Source: Fibrobacterales bacterium (GTDB lineage: Bacteria; Fibrobacterota; Fibrobacteria; Fibrobacterales; JAOPTW01). Taken from it: 64,000 nt of DNA. The position numbers and the translations under genes were made by a program. Numbering within the stretch: position 1 is the stretch's first letter; every line of letters begins with the position of its first letter. The notes under the pieces are model-generated. The model did no database searches. It was not told the origin of the DNA and saw only the letters and a program-made list of their open reading frames with translations. Location: contig JAOPTW010000014.1 in assembly GCA_051532035.1 (NCBI GenBank), positions 64,001 through 128,000 of the forward strand. Reading direction: 5' to 3'. Positions 19,965 through 30,913 of the stretch are shown one piece after another.

Positions 19965-21581
19965 TTATTTCTTAAGTCTGCCGTATCCCCCTGCAAGGTT
20001 CTTCACACTAAAGCCTTCATTTGTCAATATTTGAGAAGCAATATAGCCACGCATTCCTTTCTGACAGTATACCAAGATATCTAAATCTCGAGGCAGCTTA
20101 CCAAAGTGCCCTCGCAAATCGTCAAGAGGTATATTCTTTGCGCCCTCAATCGATCCACGATTAAATTCGTGTGCAGTACGAACATCAAGTATATAGACCC
20201 CTTCAGATACACTTTCTGCCATAAATTCACTTGGAGTAAGTGAACGGTACCCAAAAGTGCTTTGATTTGAAGCAACATACCCTGCAACAACCACAGGATC
20301 CTTAGCTGGAGAAAACGGAGGTGCATACGCTAAATCTAAATCATGGAGGTCATCAATCGTGAGCCCTGCATACAGTGCTGTCGACAGTACATCAATACGT
20401 TTATCAACTCCTTTTTTACCCCATGCTTCGGCAGAGAGTAACCGGCCAGATTTTTTATCAAATATAATCTCAAGGGCCATTTCCTCTTTACCGGGATAAT
20501 AACCTGGTGTTGCACCTGCATAGATAAAAGTCGATTCTGCCGAATAGTTACTCTCATCAATCTCTTTTGAAGATAAACCAGTACGTGCAAGAGTATAATC
20601 AAACACTTGTACTATTGCCGTACCATACCCACCTTTATAATGGGCCGTGCCGCCCGTTGCATTAATCGCAGCAGTTCGGCCACCCTTATTTGAGTGGGTC
20701 CCCAAGGGGAAGTACCCCGGCTTATGGGTAAGAGGATTTGGTATAGCAACACAATCCCCCGCAGCATAAATATCAGGAAGTGAAGTCTGCATTTGGTCAT
20801 TTACTACAAGCGCTCCATTACCCAACGCTTCTGCACCGTGTTCTGTCAATAGCTCTGTCACAGGCTTAATGCCTGCAGAGAGCATGAGATACTCTGTTTC
20901 GATAGTAGTACCATCTTGTAGGGTCAATACTTTACCATCAAAAGAAATTGCAAACTGCCCCGTTTCAACTCGTATACCCTTTTTCATTAAGACATCCTCG
21001 GCAAGAAGGGCAAACTCTTCGGAATACATTGGAAGTATTTGCCCTGCGCCTTCAACAACGACTACCTCTTTACCAATATGGTGCAAGTTTTCTGCTATTT
21101 CGACGCCAATAAGTCCCGCACCCAATATGGTGATTTTCTGAGCACTTTCAATACCACCTTTACCCATGAGCCGATCAAAATCATCAAGAGTCCTTAAAAA
21201 TGATTTGTTTTCTGCTGCTTCAATACCTTCAATTGGTGGGAGAACTGGACGAGCACCTGTAGCAAAGATCAACGTATCATAGGAATATTCCCCTTGAGCG
21301 GTAGTAATGCTCTTTGCAACGGGATCAACCTTGGTAACCTCTTCTCCTAGATGCATCTCAATATTAAAACGCTGTTCAAGCAGTTCTGGCTTTACCACAA
21401 TTAAGTTTTCACGTTTTGCTATAGTTTTTGATAACGCATACGGCATTCCACACGTTGCATAACTAATAGCGGTATCTTTTTCAAATAGTAGTATTTCGGC
21501 TGATTCACTCATTCTTCGAGCTTTTGCTGCTGCAGCAGGCCCCGCAGAGAGTCCACCTATAATAACAATTCTTTGTTTCAT
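19965..21581 (-). CDS. CoA-disulfide/persulfide reductase with C-terminal rhodanese domain (CoADR-RHD/Npsr type)
   Basis: IIGGLSAG, SYATCGMPY active-site Cys, GAGLIGVE, YAAGD, LAYAPPFS, rhodanese LDVR...YCQKGMRG. Confidence 0.92.
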   Translation of the reverse strand: MKQRIVIIGGLSAGPAAAAKARRMSESAEILLFEKDTAISYATCGMPYALSKTIAKRENLIVVKPELLEQRFNIEMHLGEEVTKVDPVAKSITTAQGEYSYDTLIFATGARPVLPPIEGIEAAENKSFLRTLDDFDRLMGKGGIESAQKITILGAGLIGVEIAENLHHIGKEVVVVEGAGQILPMYSEEFALLAEDVLMKKGIRVETGQFAISFDGKVLTLQDGTTIETEYLMLSAGIKPVTELLTEHGAEALGNGALVVNDQMQTSLPDIYAAGDCVAIPNPLTHKPGYFPLGTHSNKGGRTAAINATGGTAHYKGGYGTAIVQVFDYTLARTGLSSKEIDESNYSAESTFIYAGATPGYYPGKEEMALEIIFDKKSGRLLSAEAWGKKGVDKRIDVLSTALYAGLTIDDLHDLDLAYAPPFSPAKDPVVVAGYVASNQSTFGYRSLTPSEFMAESVSEGVYILDVRTAHEFNRGSIEGAKNIPLDDLRGHFGKLPRDLDILVYCQKGMRGYIASQILTNEGFSVKNLAGGYGRLKK

Positions 21582-21626
21582 ATTCTCTTCCCTTTTAAAG
21601 AAGCAGTGATGTGTACTCCGCTGCTT

Positions 21627-21950
21627 TTAGTTGGCGCGAACTATTGCATTAACCGAACCCCAGGTCTTTCCATTGATAACGTTTTCAATTCCCATTGTTT
21701 TCAGTGCTTGAGTAGCTGCGGCAGAGCGCATGCCTGATGCACAAAATAAAATAAGAGGTTGCTTCATTTTTTGAACCTTAGCTTTGTTTTTTCTCATCTC
21801 ATCATGAGGAATATTAATTGCCCCCGGTACCGAGCCTCCACTAAATTCTCCTGCGCTTCGTACATCAATTAATGTAGCTCCACTTTTCAATGCCTCAGCG
21901 ATTTCTCCGCTGTTTCCACTTAATACTTTTTTTATTGCTTCAAATATCAT
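21627..21950 (-). CDS. Single-domain rhodanese-like sulfurtransferase
   Basis: LIDVRS..EF..G.VPGAINIP and FCASGMRS. Confidence 0.92.
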   Translation of the reverse strand: MIFEAIKKVLSGNSGEIAEALKSGATLIDVRSAGEFSGGSVPGAINIPHDEMRKNKAKVQKMKQPLILFCASGMRSAAATQALKTMGIENVINGKTWGSVNAIVRAN

Positions 21951-22060
21951 TGGTTACTCCATTAGGGATATACTATAAATAAGAATATAAGCATCTACTA
22001 ATATAAAGTCAACAAAAAAATGCAGTTTATTTCTAAAGTGCATTTTAGTTAACTTTTTGA

Positions 22061-24658
22061 CTAAAATTTCTTCAATTGAATAGCAGGTACCTTCTTTAAT
22101 ACCTCTTCAAAATCCTTCTTCTTAGGGGTATCTGTAGTAACATCGAGAACTTTTTTAATCTTTTTAGCTGTTATTCGCGTTCCAAGAGCGCGAATACCCC
22201 TAATAGGATAGAGTTCTTCATCTGCAAATTCAAACATTTCGATTGCAGCAGATGCACCACGTTTCTTCGCGCCTATAAATTCAACAAGACACTTAGGTTC
22301 ATGGTCATTACTAAAGTAAAGAAGAACTGAATCTTTATTATCAGAAATACACGCCATATCTTTACCGGCAGCAACCTCTCCAAAGTCAAAACGTTTCACA
22401 TAAAATGAGAGTGAATTACCTTCGTAATAAATTGCTGAATGATATGCCTCTGGGTCATACCTTTTCACACAAAGTACCTCACCTCCAATAGCTACTGAAG
22501 CCTCAACCGCAAAAAAGTTTACCCGCCCACTTATTCGAACAACCATTATAAGATCGTCTCCAGAAAAAGCTCCAACTTCTTCGCCTCTCTTAACATTACT
22601 CACAACATTTGTCACTGAATCGTAATAGAGGGTTTGATCTTCTAATGTCGATGTTCCCGCTTTAAGAAGTTTAACTTTTTTCACAGGGTGTTTCGTAACA
22701 GTGTTCCCTTTAGCCCCCCGTGCTTTCACCTCTGTGTCTTTAAAGTCGACCTTAAAAGCAAGTTTAATACGTGGTTGTGGCTTCAGTGTCACCTCAACTA
22801 CTTCTGCTTCTCCATTAGGATTCGACGAGAAATAAAGCACTTTAGATTTTGCACTTTTAGCTAAAGGATAATCTTTATTACGAGTAATACCCGTTACATT
22901 AAAGCGTTTAATATAGGAGCGTTTATCAACCCCATCTTCATAGATATAGTTATAGGTTGTTCGATCATCCTCTTTATGAAAAATTTCAATGTGTATGATG
23001 TCTTTACCAACATAGACCTTTTTATCAATCTTAGTAACCATAAACGTTGCGTCTTTCTTAAAGACAATCAATTCGTCATATGGTGAACAATCAAAAACAT
23101 ACTCATCTTTTTTAAGAGAAGTCCCTACAAAGCCCTCTTTTTTACTCACATAGAGACGTTGATTCGCAACAGCTACTTGTTTAGCAGAAAGAGTTTGAAA
23201 TTCTTCAATCTCAGTTTTTCTCTCACGACCTTTGCCATATTTTGTAAGAAGACCTTTAAAATAGTTAACTGAATAATCGATTAAATTTTCGAGAAAACCC
23301 TCAACTTCAGCAATTTTTTCATCAAGTTCTTTTAAGAGTTCTTTATTCTTCTGGGCATCAAATCGAGATATTTTTCTGATAGGAATCTCACAAAGACGTA
23401 GAACATCGTCTTGAGTTACCGGCATACGAAGCTTTTTAGTGTATGGCTTCAAACCATCATCTACTAATGTTATCATATCTTCTCGAGATTTAGCCGCTTC
23501 AATTTCAAGATAGACCTTTTTCTCAATAAATATTTTTTCAAGTGATGCTAAATGCCATTTACGATTGAGCTCATCACGTCTATTCTTAAGTTCCCACTCA
23601 AGGAGAGATACAGTGTGCTCAGTTGACTGTTTTAAAATTGTCTGAACATCAGTAAAAACCGGTTTATCACCACGAATAATACAGCAATTTGTACTGATTG
23701 AAACTTCACAGTCAGTAAAGGCATAGAGTGCTTCTATTGTTATAAGGGGATCAATCCCTGGAGCAAGATGGATAAGTATTTCAACTTCACTCGCGGTGTT
23801 ATCCTCGACCTTTTTAATCTTAATTTTATTTTTATCATTGGCAGAAACAATAGAATCTATCAGTGATGTTGTCGTAGTGCCAAAGGGTACTTCAGTGATT
23901 GAGAGTGTTTTTTTATCATGCTGTTCAATTTTAGCGCGTACCTTAACTTTACCACCACGCTCACCACTCTTGTAGTTAGTTATATCGACAATACCACCCT
24001 GCTGAAAGTCTGGATATAAAGTAAATGAGCGTTTTCTCAAATGAGCAATAGAGGCCTGAATTAACTCACAAAAATTATGGGGCAATATCTCAGTTGATAA
24101 TCCAACCGCAATTCCTTTAACTCCTTGGGCAAGAATCATTGGGAATTTCATAGGGAGCTTAGAAGGCTCTTTGGCACGTCCATCATAAGAAGGTAACCAA
24201 TGAGTCGTATCAGGATTAAAGGCAATTTCTAGAGCAAAAGGAGTGAGTCGACCTTCAATATACCGAGCAGCAGCAGAACGGTCGCCGGTCATAATATTAC
24301 CCCAGTTACCCTGCGGATCAATCAAGAGATCTTTTTGACCAAGAGTAACAATAGCATCACCAATAGAGGCGTCTCCATGGGGATGATACTGCATAGTATG
24401 ACCAATAATATTCGCTATTTTATGATAACGGCCATCACTTTTTTCCCAAAATGAGTGGAGAATACGGCGCTGCACCGGCTTTAACCCATCTTCAAAATAG
24501 GGTACTGCTCTATCAAGTATCACATATGAAGCGTAATCGAGAAACCACTCTTCATAGAGTTGTTCAACATGTTTATTATCAGTAACAGAGAGTTCATGGT
24601 TGATCTCATCTGCAGCAATTTCTGTTAAATCGAGTTCTTCTTGGTTTTTATCTGTCAT
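22061..24658 (-). CDS. parC: DNA topoisomerase IV subunit A
   Basis: DGLKPVQRRIL, YHPHGD, AAARYIE catalytic Tyr; divergent C-terminus with no GyrA box seen; paired with a short B subunit. Confidence 0.85.
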   Translation of the reverse strand: MTDKNQEELDLTEIAADEINHELSVTDNKHVEQLYEEWFLDYASYVILDRAVPYFEDGLKPVQRRILHSFWEKSDGRYHKIANIIGHTMQYHPHGDASIGDAIVTLGQKDLLIDPQGNWGNIMTGDRSAAARYIEGRLTPFALEIAFNPDTTHWLPSYDGRAKEPSKLPMKFPMILAQGVKGIAVGLSTEILPHNFCELIQASIAHLRKRSFTLYPDFQQGGIVDITNYKSGERGGKVKVRAKIEQHDKKTLSITEVPFGTTTTSLIDSIVSANDKNKIKIKKVEDNTASEVEILIHLAPGIDPLITIEALYAFTDCEVSISTNCCIIRGDKPVFTDVQTILKQSTEHTVSLLEWELKNRRDELNRKWHLASLEKIFIEKKVYLEIEAAKSREDMITLVDDGLKPYTKKLRMPVTQDDVLRLCEIPIRKISRFDAQKNKELLKELDEKIAEVEGFLENLIDYSVNYFKGLLTKYGKGRERKTEIEEFQTLSAKQVAVANQRLYVSKKEGFVGTSLKKDEYVFDCSPYDELIVFKKDATFMVTKIDKKVYVGKDIIHIEIFHKEDDRTTYNYIYEDGVDKRSYIKRFNVTGITRNKDYPLAKSAKSKVLYFSSNPNGEAEVVEVTLKPQPRIKLAFKVDFKDTEVKARGAKGNTVTKHPVKKVKLLKAGTSTLEDQTLYYDSVTNVVSNVKRGEEVGAFSGDDLIMVVRISGRVNFFAVEASVAIGGEVLCVKRYDPEAYHSAIYYEGNSLSFYVKRFDFGEVAAGKDMACISDNKDSVLLYFSNDHEPKCLVEFIGAKKRGASAAIEMFEFADEELYPIRGIRALGTRITAKKIKKVLDVTTDTPKKKDFEEVLKKVPAIQLKKF

Positions 24659-24675
24659 ATCTTTCTTTTGTACTT

Positions 24676-24707
24676 AAAAAATGCAGTACACTGCTATGGT
24701 ACTGCAT
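24676..24707 (-). terminator. Terminator-like hairpin between parE and parC
   Basis: Minus strand ATGCAGTAC-catagcagt-GTACTGCAT-TTTTT. Confidence 0.5.
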
Positions 24708-24741
24708 ACAAATCACTAGTTCTACCTGTCTGCCAGGTTAG

Positions 24742-26586
24742 TTACGCAGCAACATCATCATTAACGACATTACGTAAATTTTCAATAATAAATTTCTGAC
24801 GCTCAGGAGTGTTTTTACCCATAAAACGAGTCAATAGTTGAGTCTTAGACATTTCTGGGTGAAGTAATACCGGCTCTAACCGTAAATCTTCACGTAAAAA
24901 CTTTCCAAACTCATTTGGAGATATTTCCCCAAGACCTTTAAAGCGAGTTATCTCTGATTTTTTACCCAATCGCCCAAGGGCTACATCTTTTTCAAGTGCA
25001 TCATAACAGTAAATAGTTTCATTTTTATTCCGCACTCTAAAGAGCGGTGTTTCAAGGATAAACACATGGCCATTCTCAATAAGCTCAGGGAAAAACTGAA
25101 TAAAAAAGGTCAGGAGGAGTAATCTAATATGCATACCATCAACATCAGCATCAGTTGCAATCACCACTTTATTGTACCGTAAGCTATCAATGCCATTTTC
25201 GATATCGAGTGCATGTTGTAACAGGTTAAACTCTTCATTCTCATAGACCACTTTTTTACTCAAGCCAAAGCAATTGAGTGGCTTCCCTTTAAGGCTAAAT
25301 ACCGCCTGGGTCTTAACACTTCTAGCCGTAGTAATAGAACCAGAAGCAGAGTCACCTTCTGTGATAAAGATCATTGTATCATTGCATTCATCTTCTTTTC
25401 CACCAAAATGGAATTTACAATCACGGAGCTTTCGATTATGAATATTTGCTTTTTTGGCCCGTTCATTTGCAAGTTTTTTAATACCCGCAATCTCTTTCCG
25501 CTCTTTTTCAGACTGCTGAATACGCTTGAGTATCGCTGTTGCCACTGCACTATTTTTATGAAGAAAATTATCAAGCTCACGACGAATAAAGTCAGCCATC
25601 CACTTCCTGAGTGTCTCACCACCTTCACTTACATGGGTAGAACCTAATTTAGTTTTCGTCTGAGATTCAAATATCGGTTCTTGGATTCTCACTGACACCG
25701 CCGCAATAATTGCGCTCCTAATATCTGCAGCATCATAATCTTTTTTAAAGAATTCGCGAATTGTTTTTACAAACGCCTCTTTAAATGCATTGAGGTGAGT
25801 CCCCCCCTGGGTAGTATATTGTCCATTAACAAAGGTAAAATATTGCTCACCATAGTGATTGGCATGTGAGAGGGCGATCTCAATATCCCGATTTTTCTCT
25901 GCTATATGAAGAATAGGATAGCGAATAGTATCGTCTACATGACGATTTAAAAGATCATGGAGACCATTTTTAGATTCAAATTTTCTCCCATTAAAGGTGA
26001 TAACCAACCCAGGGTTCAAATAGGAGTAGTTCCAGATTTTCTCTTCTATATAGTCATAAATAAATTTGTACTTTGGAAAAATATCAGTATCTGGGATAAA
26101 CTTAATGATAGTTCCCTGTTTTTCTTTGCACGGCTTGTCTTTAGACTCACTTTCTAAGAGGCCTCTACTAAATTCTGCAATACGCGTCTTACCATCTCGA
26201 ATTGATTGAACCCAAAAATAGCTCGAAAGCGCATTAACTGCTTTAGTACCAACACCATTCATACCAACAGATTTCTGAAATGCCTCATTATCGTATTTAC
26301 CACCAGTATTTATTTTGGATACACAATCAACCATTTTACCAAGAGGAATACCGCGTCCATAGTCACGAATCGTAACCACCCCATCCTCAATAGAAATATC
26401 GAGGTTTTTACCAACACCCATATTGAATTCATCAATAGAGTTATCAATAACCTCTTTTACAAGAACATAAATGCCATCATCAGGAGTTGAACCATCACCC
26501 AATTTACCAATATACATCCCGGGGCGTCTTCTAATATGCTCATGCCACTCAAGTGATTTAATGCTATCTTCGGTATATTTTGCCAT
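24742..26586 (-). CDS. parE: DNA topoisomerase IV subunit B
   Basis: [48 protein letters not shown]; 614 aa. Confidence 0.87.
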   Translation of the reverse strand: MAKYTEDSIKSLEWHEHIRRRPGMYIGKLGDGSTPDDGIYVLVKEVIDNSIDEFNMGVGKNLDISIEDGVVTIRDYGRGIPLGKMVDCVSKINTGGKYDNEAFQKSVGMNGVGTKAVNALSSYFWVQSIRDGKTRIAEFSRGLLESESKDKPCKEKQGTIIKFIPDTDIFPKYKFIYDYIEEKIWNYSYLNPGLVITFNGRKFESKNGLHDLLNRHVDDTIRYPILHIAEKNRDIEIALSHANHYGEQYFTFVNGQYTTQGGTHLNAFKEAFVKTIREFFKKDYDAADIRSAIIAAVSVRIQEPIFESQTKTKLGSTHVSEGGETLRKWMADFIRRELDNFLHKNSAVATAILKRIQQSEKERKEIAGIKKLANERAKKANIHNRKLRDCKFHFGGKEDECNDTMIFITEGDSASGSITTARSVKTQAVFSLKGKPLNCFGLSKKVVYENEEFNLLQHALDIENGIDSLRYNKVVIATDADVDGMHIRLLLLTFFIQFFPELIENGHVFILETPLFRVRNKNETIYCYDALEKDVALGRLGKKSEITRFKGLGEISPNEFGKFLREDLRLEPVLLHPEMSKTQLLTRFMGKNTPERQKFIIENLRNVVNDDVAA

Positions 26587-26901
26587 AATGGAATATAAAA
26601 CCTTTTAAGTTACTGCTCATTTGAGCAAATATAATAATTTTAATTGACCTGCGAATTTGAGGTCACAAATATAAGATTCTAAGGTAACAAAAAGCACATA
26701 TTTTGTGGAAATTTATTCAAAAACGCTGTAACCTATTTAATATTGGAGAGTTACAATGTCTCAATATCAGCTTTTTACCTCACTCAAATGCGCTATTTCA
26801 CTCGGCAATCACCTCATTTCAAACCCGCCACCTGTTTTATGCCCCAATCAGCATTCCATTAGATCAACTGTGTACGACACTTTTCCAACCCTGACAATAA
26901 T

Positions 26902-26916
26902 TTGTAACTGTTACAA
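26902..26916. promoter_or_regulatory. Perfect palindrome TTGTAAC-T-GTTACAA, candidate operator
   Basis: 7-1-7 inverted repeat in the divergent parE/oxidoreductase intergenic region. Confidence 0.45.
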
Positions 26917-27048
26917 CTAAACGCCTGAATTTCATGATTTTCAACAGTTATTTTCCTAATTTTGTATCGAATCTTACACTTATTTGAATTTTTTGATTCA
27001 ATTAAAAACGGCTAAAAACTGCCTAAGCACGCGAAAGCGAGGTACATC

Positions 27049-30000
27049 ATGAGTATAAATTATAGAGAAATACCATATAACTACACTTCACTCACTGATA
27101 AAGAGATCATTCTCAAATACCTCGACTCCGAAGCTTGGGATATCCTAGAGGAGCTCCGCTCCCATCGCGTAACTGGGAAAAGTGCTAAAATGCTCTTTGA
27201 AATCATTGGTGATATTTTCATTATTGATCGCAACCCGTATATCTCAAACGATTTCAGCGAAACGCCGCAAAAACTTCGCAAAATCAAAGCCCAACATAAA
27301 CGCCGTCTTGAAATGATTGAAGCAGGCGCAAGTAACGAACACAAAGAGAGTATTCTTATTAAGAAGACTCGTAAATTGGTTCGCGACTTTTTTAAAAACA
27401 TTGAAGGTAAAACCAAACAAGAGAAAAAAATTCTCTCTGCTTTCAGTAGCGCTACCAACAAACAAAATATTAAATTTTCAGCGTTTCACAAAGTAGCACA
27501 CTGTACTGATGCAACTGACTGGAGAATTGAATATCCAGAAGTTATTATCTACCCTGACTCTGCAAAAGAGCTTCCGCAACTCGTAAAAATTGCTCAAAAG
27601 CTCGGATTAAAAATTATTGCACGTGGTGGTGGTACTGGTCTTACTGGTGGTGCTGTTCCTGTGGTTCCCAATACCCTAATAATAAATACTGAGAAGCTCA
27701 ATAAAGTCGGTGCTATCGAAATGGTAACGACCAAAGAGGGCAAAGAGCTCCCGATAATTAACCTTGAAACAGGGGTGATTACCAACGACGCTACCGCACA
27801 TTGTAAAAACAAAGGATATGTATTCGCTACAGACCCAACATCTGCATGGGCATCAAGTATTGGTGGTAACATCGCAGAAAATGCGGGTGGTAAAAAAGCA
27901 GTAATGTGGGGCTGTTGTATAGACAATCTCTACTCTTTTAAAATGGTACTTGCCGGTGGCCGCCTCATAGAAGTTGAGCGTAAAAACCACCCACACCGCA
28001 AAATAGAAGAGACTGATATTGTCGAATACGAAACCTATGAGTATGACAAAAAAGGGAACCGTACACTCCTTGACACTTTTACTCTTAAAGCAACTGAAGT
28101 CCGTAAAAAAGGCCTTGGCAAAGATATCACCAACAAAGCACTGGGTGGTGTTCCCGGTATCCAAAAAGAGGGTGGCGATGGAATCATTTATGATACCCGC
28201 TTTGTACTCTACACCCCTTTCAACCATGCCCGTACTATCTGCCTTGAGTTCTATGGCACTAACATGGTTAATGCCTCTAAAGCAATTGTTGAAATTCGTG
28301 AAAGCTTTGGAACCAGTGACTATGTATTCCTCACAGCTTTAGAACACTTTGATGATGTCTACATGGATAAAATCGACTACAACGTTAAGTCAAATAGAAA
28401 TGAATCACCAAAAGCTGTACTGCTCATTGATGTTGAGAGTAATGACGAAAATGCTGTTGATAGTGCCTGTAAAGACATTACTGAGCTCGTGCAAGAATAT
28501 AACACCGAAGGCTTTATTGCAAGTGATGCAGATGAGAGTGAACGATACTGGAAAGATCGTAAAAACCTCGGTGCAATCGCAAAACACACCAACGGCTTTA
28601 AAACTAATGAAGATATTGTAGTACCAATAAAAAAAATGCCAGGTATCATCGACTTCTTTGACAAACTCAACGCCGAAAAAGAGCTCGACAACAGTATACA
28701 AACCATTGAAGAGATTGAACGCTTTTGTGAGAGCCTCAAGAGTAAAAACATCGATGGCATCAGCAGTGATAAGGTCGACCTCTATATACAAGAGATCAAT
28801 GCCTATGCTGTTTGGTGTAAACTCATGTGGGACAACATTGAAAACCCAACCAAAAATGTTGATGCATCATATCCGAGTGAAGAGCGTACTATATTTAAGA
28901 TGATTCAAGATGGTGAGATCAAGCCTGATTTTAATGCCAAAGTAATTCAACCTTTTCATAATACTTTTAAAGTATTCCCTGCTATTCTCGATCTCTTTGA
29001 CAAAACCGCTGACAGTGTACGCCGTAGAAAAATAATTATTGCGACACACATGCATGCAGGTGATGGTAACATTCACGTAAACATACCAGTACACTCAAGT
29101 GATCATATTATGATGCACGAAACCGAAGAGGTTGTAGATATCATATTTAAAGAGACCATTCGTATTGACGGTGTGGTATCTGGTGAACATGGTATCGGTA
29201 TTGCAAAACTAAAATATCTCGATGAATCAATCATGGAGGAGTACGCTGAACATAAGAAAAAAATTGATCCCAGTGACCTGTTTAACCCAGGTAAACTCGC
29301 CAAAGGATTCCCTTTTGAAAAAGTGTACACTCCTTCATTTAACCTTCTAGAACTCGAAGCATTTGTTCTCGAGGCTACAGACCTTCAGAGTCTCTCAGAG
29401 TCTATAGCAAACTGTGTTCGTTGTGGTAAATGCAAACCTGTCTGTAATACCCACTACCCCGAAGGGACAATGTTCTATAGCCCCCGAAATAAAATTTTGG
29501 GAGTGGGTCTTATCATGGAAGCAGTACTGTACGACACATTAACCAGTAATAGTATCTCATTCCGAAACTTTAAAAAATTGACTGAGATTGCACAAAACTG
29601 TACCATGTGTCACCGTTGTGAGGCGCCATGTCCAGTCAATATTGACTTTGGCGATGTGACCCTCAATATTAAAAAACTATTGAACGCTCGTAAAAAAGCA
29701 GTGTTCCACCCTGGTGTTGCTTTTGCCTATTTCTTCCTTAGTTTAAAAGGGGTCTGGATTAACCAAGTCTTTAGGTTTGGTATGTTCAAAGTAGGCTATC
29801 GTCTTCAGCGACTGGGGCATGCACTTATGCGACCATTTGAAAAAGTAATCACCAAGACAATTCCTGGTATTTATGAGATGGTCAAAGGGCGCTACCCAAT
29901 GACAACCCTCCCAACACTTCGTGAACAGTTTAAGCTCTCGGACCGAAATTCGGTCTACACCTTTCACAACCCAGATAAAGAAGTAGTGAAAACAGTATTC

Positions 30001-30747
30001 TACTTCCCAGGGTGTGGATCAGAGCGTATGTTCCCCCAAATCAGTCTCGCGACCATCGCTATGTTCTACGATGCAGGAGTTCGGGTCGTGATACCTCCTC
30101 AATATGTATGTTGTGGATATCCATTCAAGTCAGCAGGCAAATCTGAAAAGGTCGAGCAAATAGTAGGATCAAACAAAGTACTCTTTCATAAGATTGCAAA
30201 GATTGTTGACTATATGAATATCGAAAGTACAGTGGTAACCTGTGGTACCTGTTATGAAATGCTCAGTACTTACGGACTAGAGAACATATTCCCAGAATCC
30301 AACATGCTTGATGCCAATGACTTTTTAGTGAAAAATAATCTCATAGGAAACGTGGGTAACGAACAGATTATTTACCATGAACCATGTCACTCACCACTTA
30401 AGGACAGTAGTACTGATGGTGTAGTCGAAGCAATCACTGGTAGTAAGCCACTCATTGCACCAAACTGTTGTGGTGAAGTTGGGACATTAGCAATTTCAAA
30501 CCCTTATATCTCAAACACTATCCGGGAGCGAAAACAGACTCAGATCCAGGACCTCACTGATAACAAAAAAGTTGAAGTACTCACCACCTGCCCTGCCTGT
30601 ACTCAAGGTCTTTCGAAAATTCACGATGACATTACTGTTGAAGGTAAACATATGATGGTCTACCTAGCTGAGAAGAAGCTTGGAAAGAACTGGATGAAAG
30701 ATTTCTTTAAACATGGTAAAAAAGGGTTAGAGAAAAGCCTGCTATAA
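27049..30747 (+). CDS. DUF3683-containing FAD-linked Fe-S oxidoreductase (GlcD/GlcF-like fusion)
   Basis: REIPYNYTS N-terminus, RGGGTGLTGG, IGGNIAENAGG, HAGDGNIH, SGEHGIG, two CxxCxxCxxxC ferredoxin motifs, CCG domains. Confidence 0.9.
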   Translation: MSINYREIPYNYTSLTDKEIILKYLDSEAWDILEELRSHRVTGKSAKMLFEIIGDIFIIDRNPYISNDFSETPQKLRKIKAQHKRRLEMIEAGASNEHKESILIKKTRKLVRDFFKNIEGKTKQEKKILSAFSSATNKQNIKFSAFHKVAHCTDATDWRIEYPEVIIYPDSAKELPQLVKIAQKLGLKIIARGGGTGLTGGAVPVVPNTLIINTEKLNKVGAIEMVTTKEGKELPIINLETGVITNDATAHCKNKGYVFATDPTSAWASSIGGNIAENAGGKKAVMWGCCIDNLYSFKMVLAGGRLIEVERKNHPHRKIEETDIVEYETYEYDKKGNRTLLDTFTLKATEVRKKGLGKDITNKALGGVPGIQKEGGDGIIYDTRFVLYTPFNHARTICLEFYGTNMVNASKAIVEIRESFGTSDYVFLTALEHFDDVYMDKIDYNVKSNRNESPKAVLLIDVESNDENAVDSACKDITELVQEYNTEGFIASDADESERYWKDRKNLGAIAKHTNGFKTNEDIVVPIKKMPGIIDFFDKLNAEKELDNSIQTIEEIERFCESLKSKNIDGISSDKVDLYIQEINAYAVWCKLMWDNIENPTKNVDASYPSEERTIFKMIQDGEIKPDFNAKVIQPFHNTFKVFPAILDLFDKTADSVRRRKIIIATHMHAGDGNIHVNIPVHSSDHIMMHETEEVVDIIFKETIRIDGVVSGEHGIGIAKLKYLDESIMEEYAEHKKKIDPSDLFNPGKLAKGFPFEKVYTPSFNLLELEAFVLEATDLQSLSESIANCVRCGKCKPVCNTHYPEGTMFYSPRNKILGVGLIMEAVLYDTLTSNSISFRNFKKLTEIAQNCTMCHRCEAPCPVNIDFGDVTLNIKKLLNARKKAVFHPGVAFAYFFLSLKGVWINQVFRFGMFKVGYRLQRLGHALMRPFEKVITKTIPGIYEMVKGRYPMTTLPTLREQFKLSDRNSVYTFHNPDKEVVKTVFYFPGCGSERMFPQISLATIAMFYDAGVRVVIPPQYVCCGYPFKSAGKSEKVEQIVGSNKVLFHKIAKIVDYMNIESTVVTCGTCYEMLSTYGLENIFPESNMLDANDFLVKNNLIGNVGNEQIIYHEPCHSPLKDSSTDGVVEAITGSKPLIAPNCCGEVGTLAISNPYISNTIRERKQTQIQDLTDNKKVEVLTTCPACTQGLSKIHDDITVEGKHMMVYLAEKKLGKNWMKDFFKHGKKGLEKSLL

Positions 30748-30767
30748 GAAAGAGTTCAGATATAATT

Positions 30768-30812
30768 AACAATACAGCAGAGGTGATACCCACTCTCTGC
30801 TGTATTGTTTTT
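30768..30812 (+). terminator. Rho-independent terminator
   Basis: AACAATACAGCAGAG-loop-CTCTGCTGTATTGTT-TTT. Confidence 0.8.
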
Positions 30813-30913
30813 ATAGAGTACCTTTAAGCCCCCTTCTCCTCATTCCCCCTCCCCCTTTATCGCAATTCTTAAAAAAGCGCCACCATACTACTGCTTCTAA
30901 CTATATTTCTCAT

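Noticed and set aside
26587..27048. Possible replication origin at the switch from about 26 kb of minus-strand genes to about 24 kb of plus-strand genes, next to topoisomerase genes
   Set aside because: No perfect DnaA boxes (only weak matches such as TGTGGAAAT), no dnaA or dnaN, and by eye the plus strand stays C-rich on both sides. A computed cumulative GC skew would settle it.
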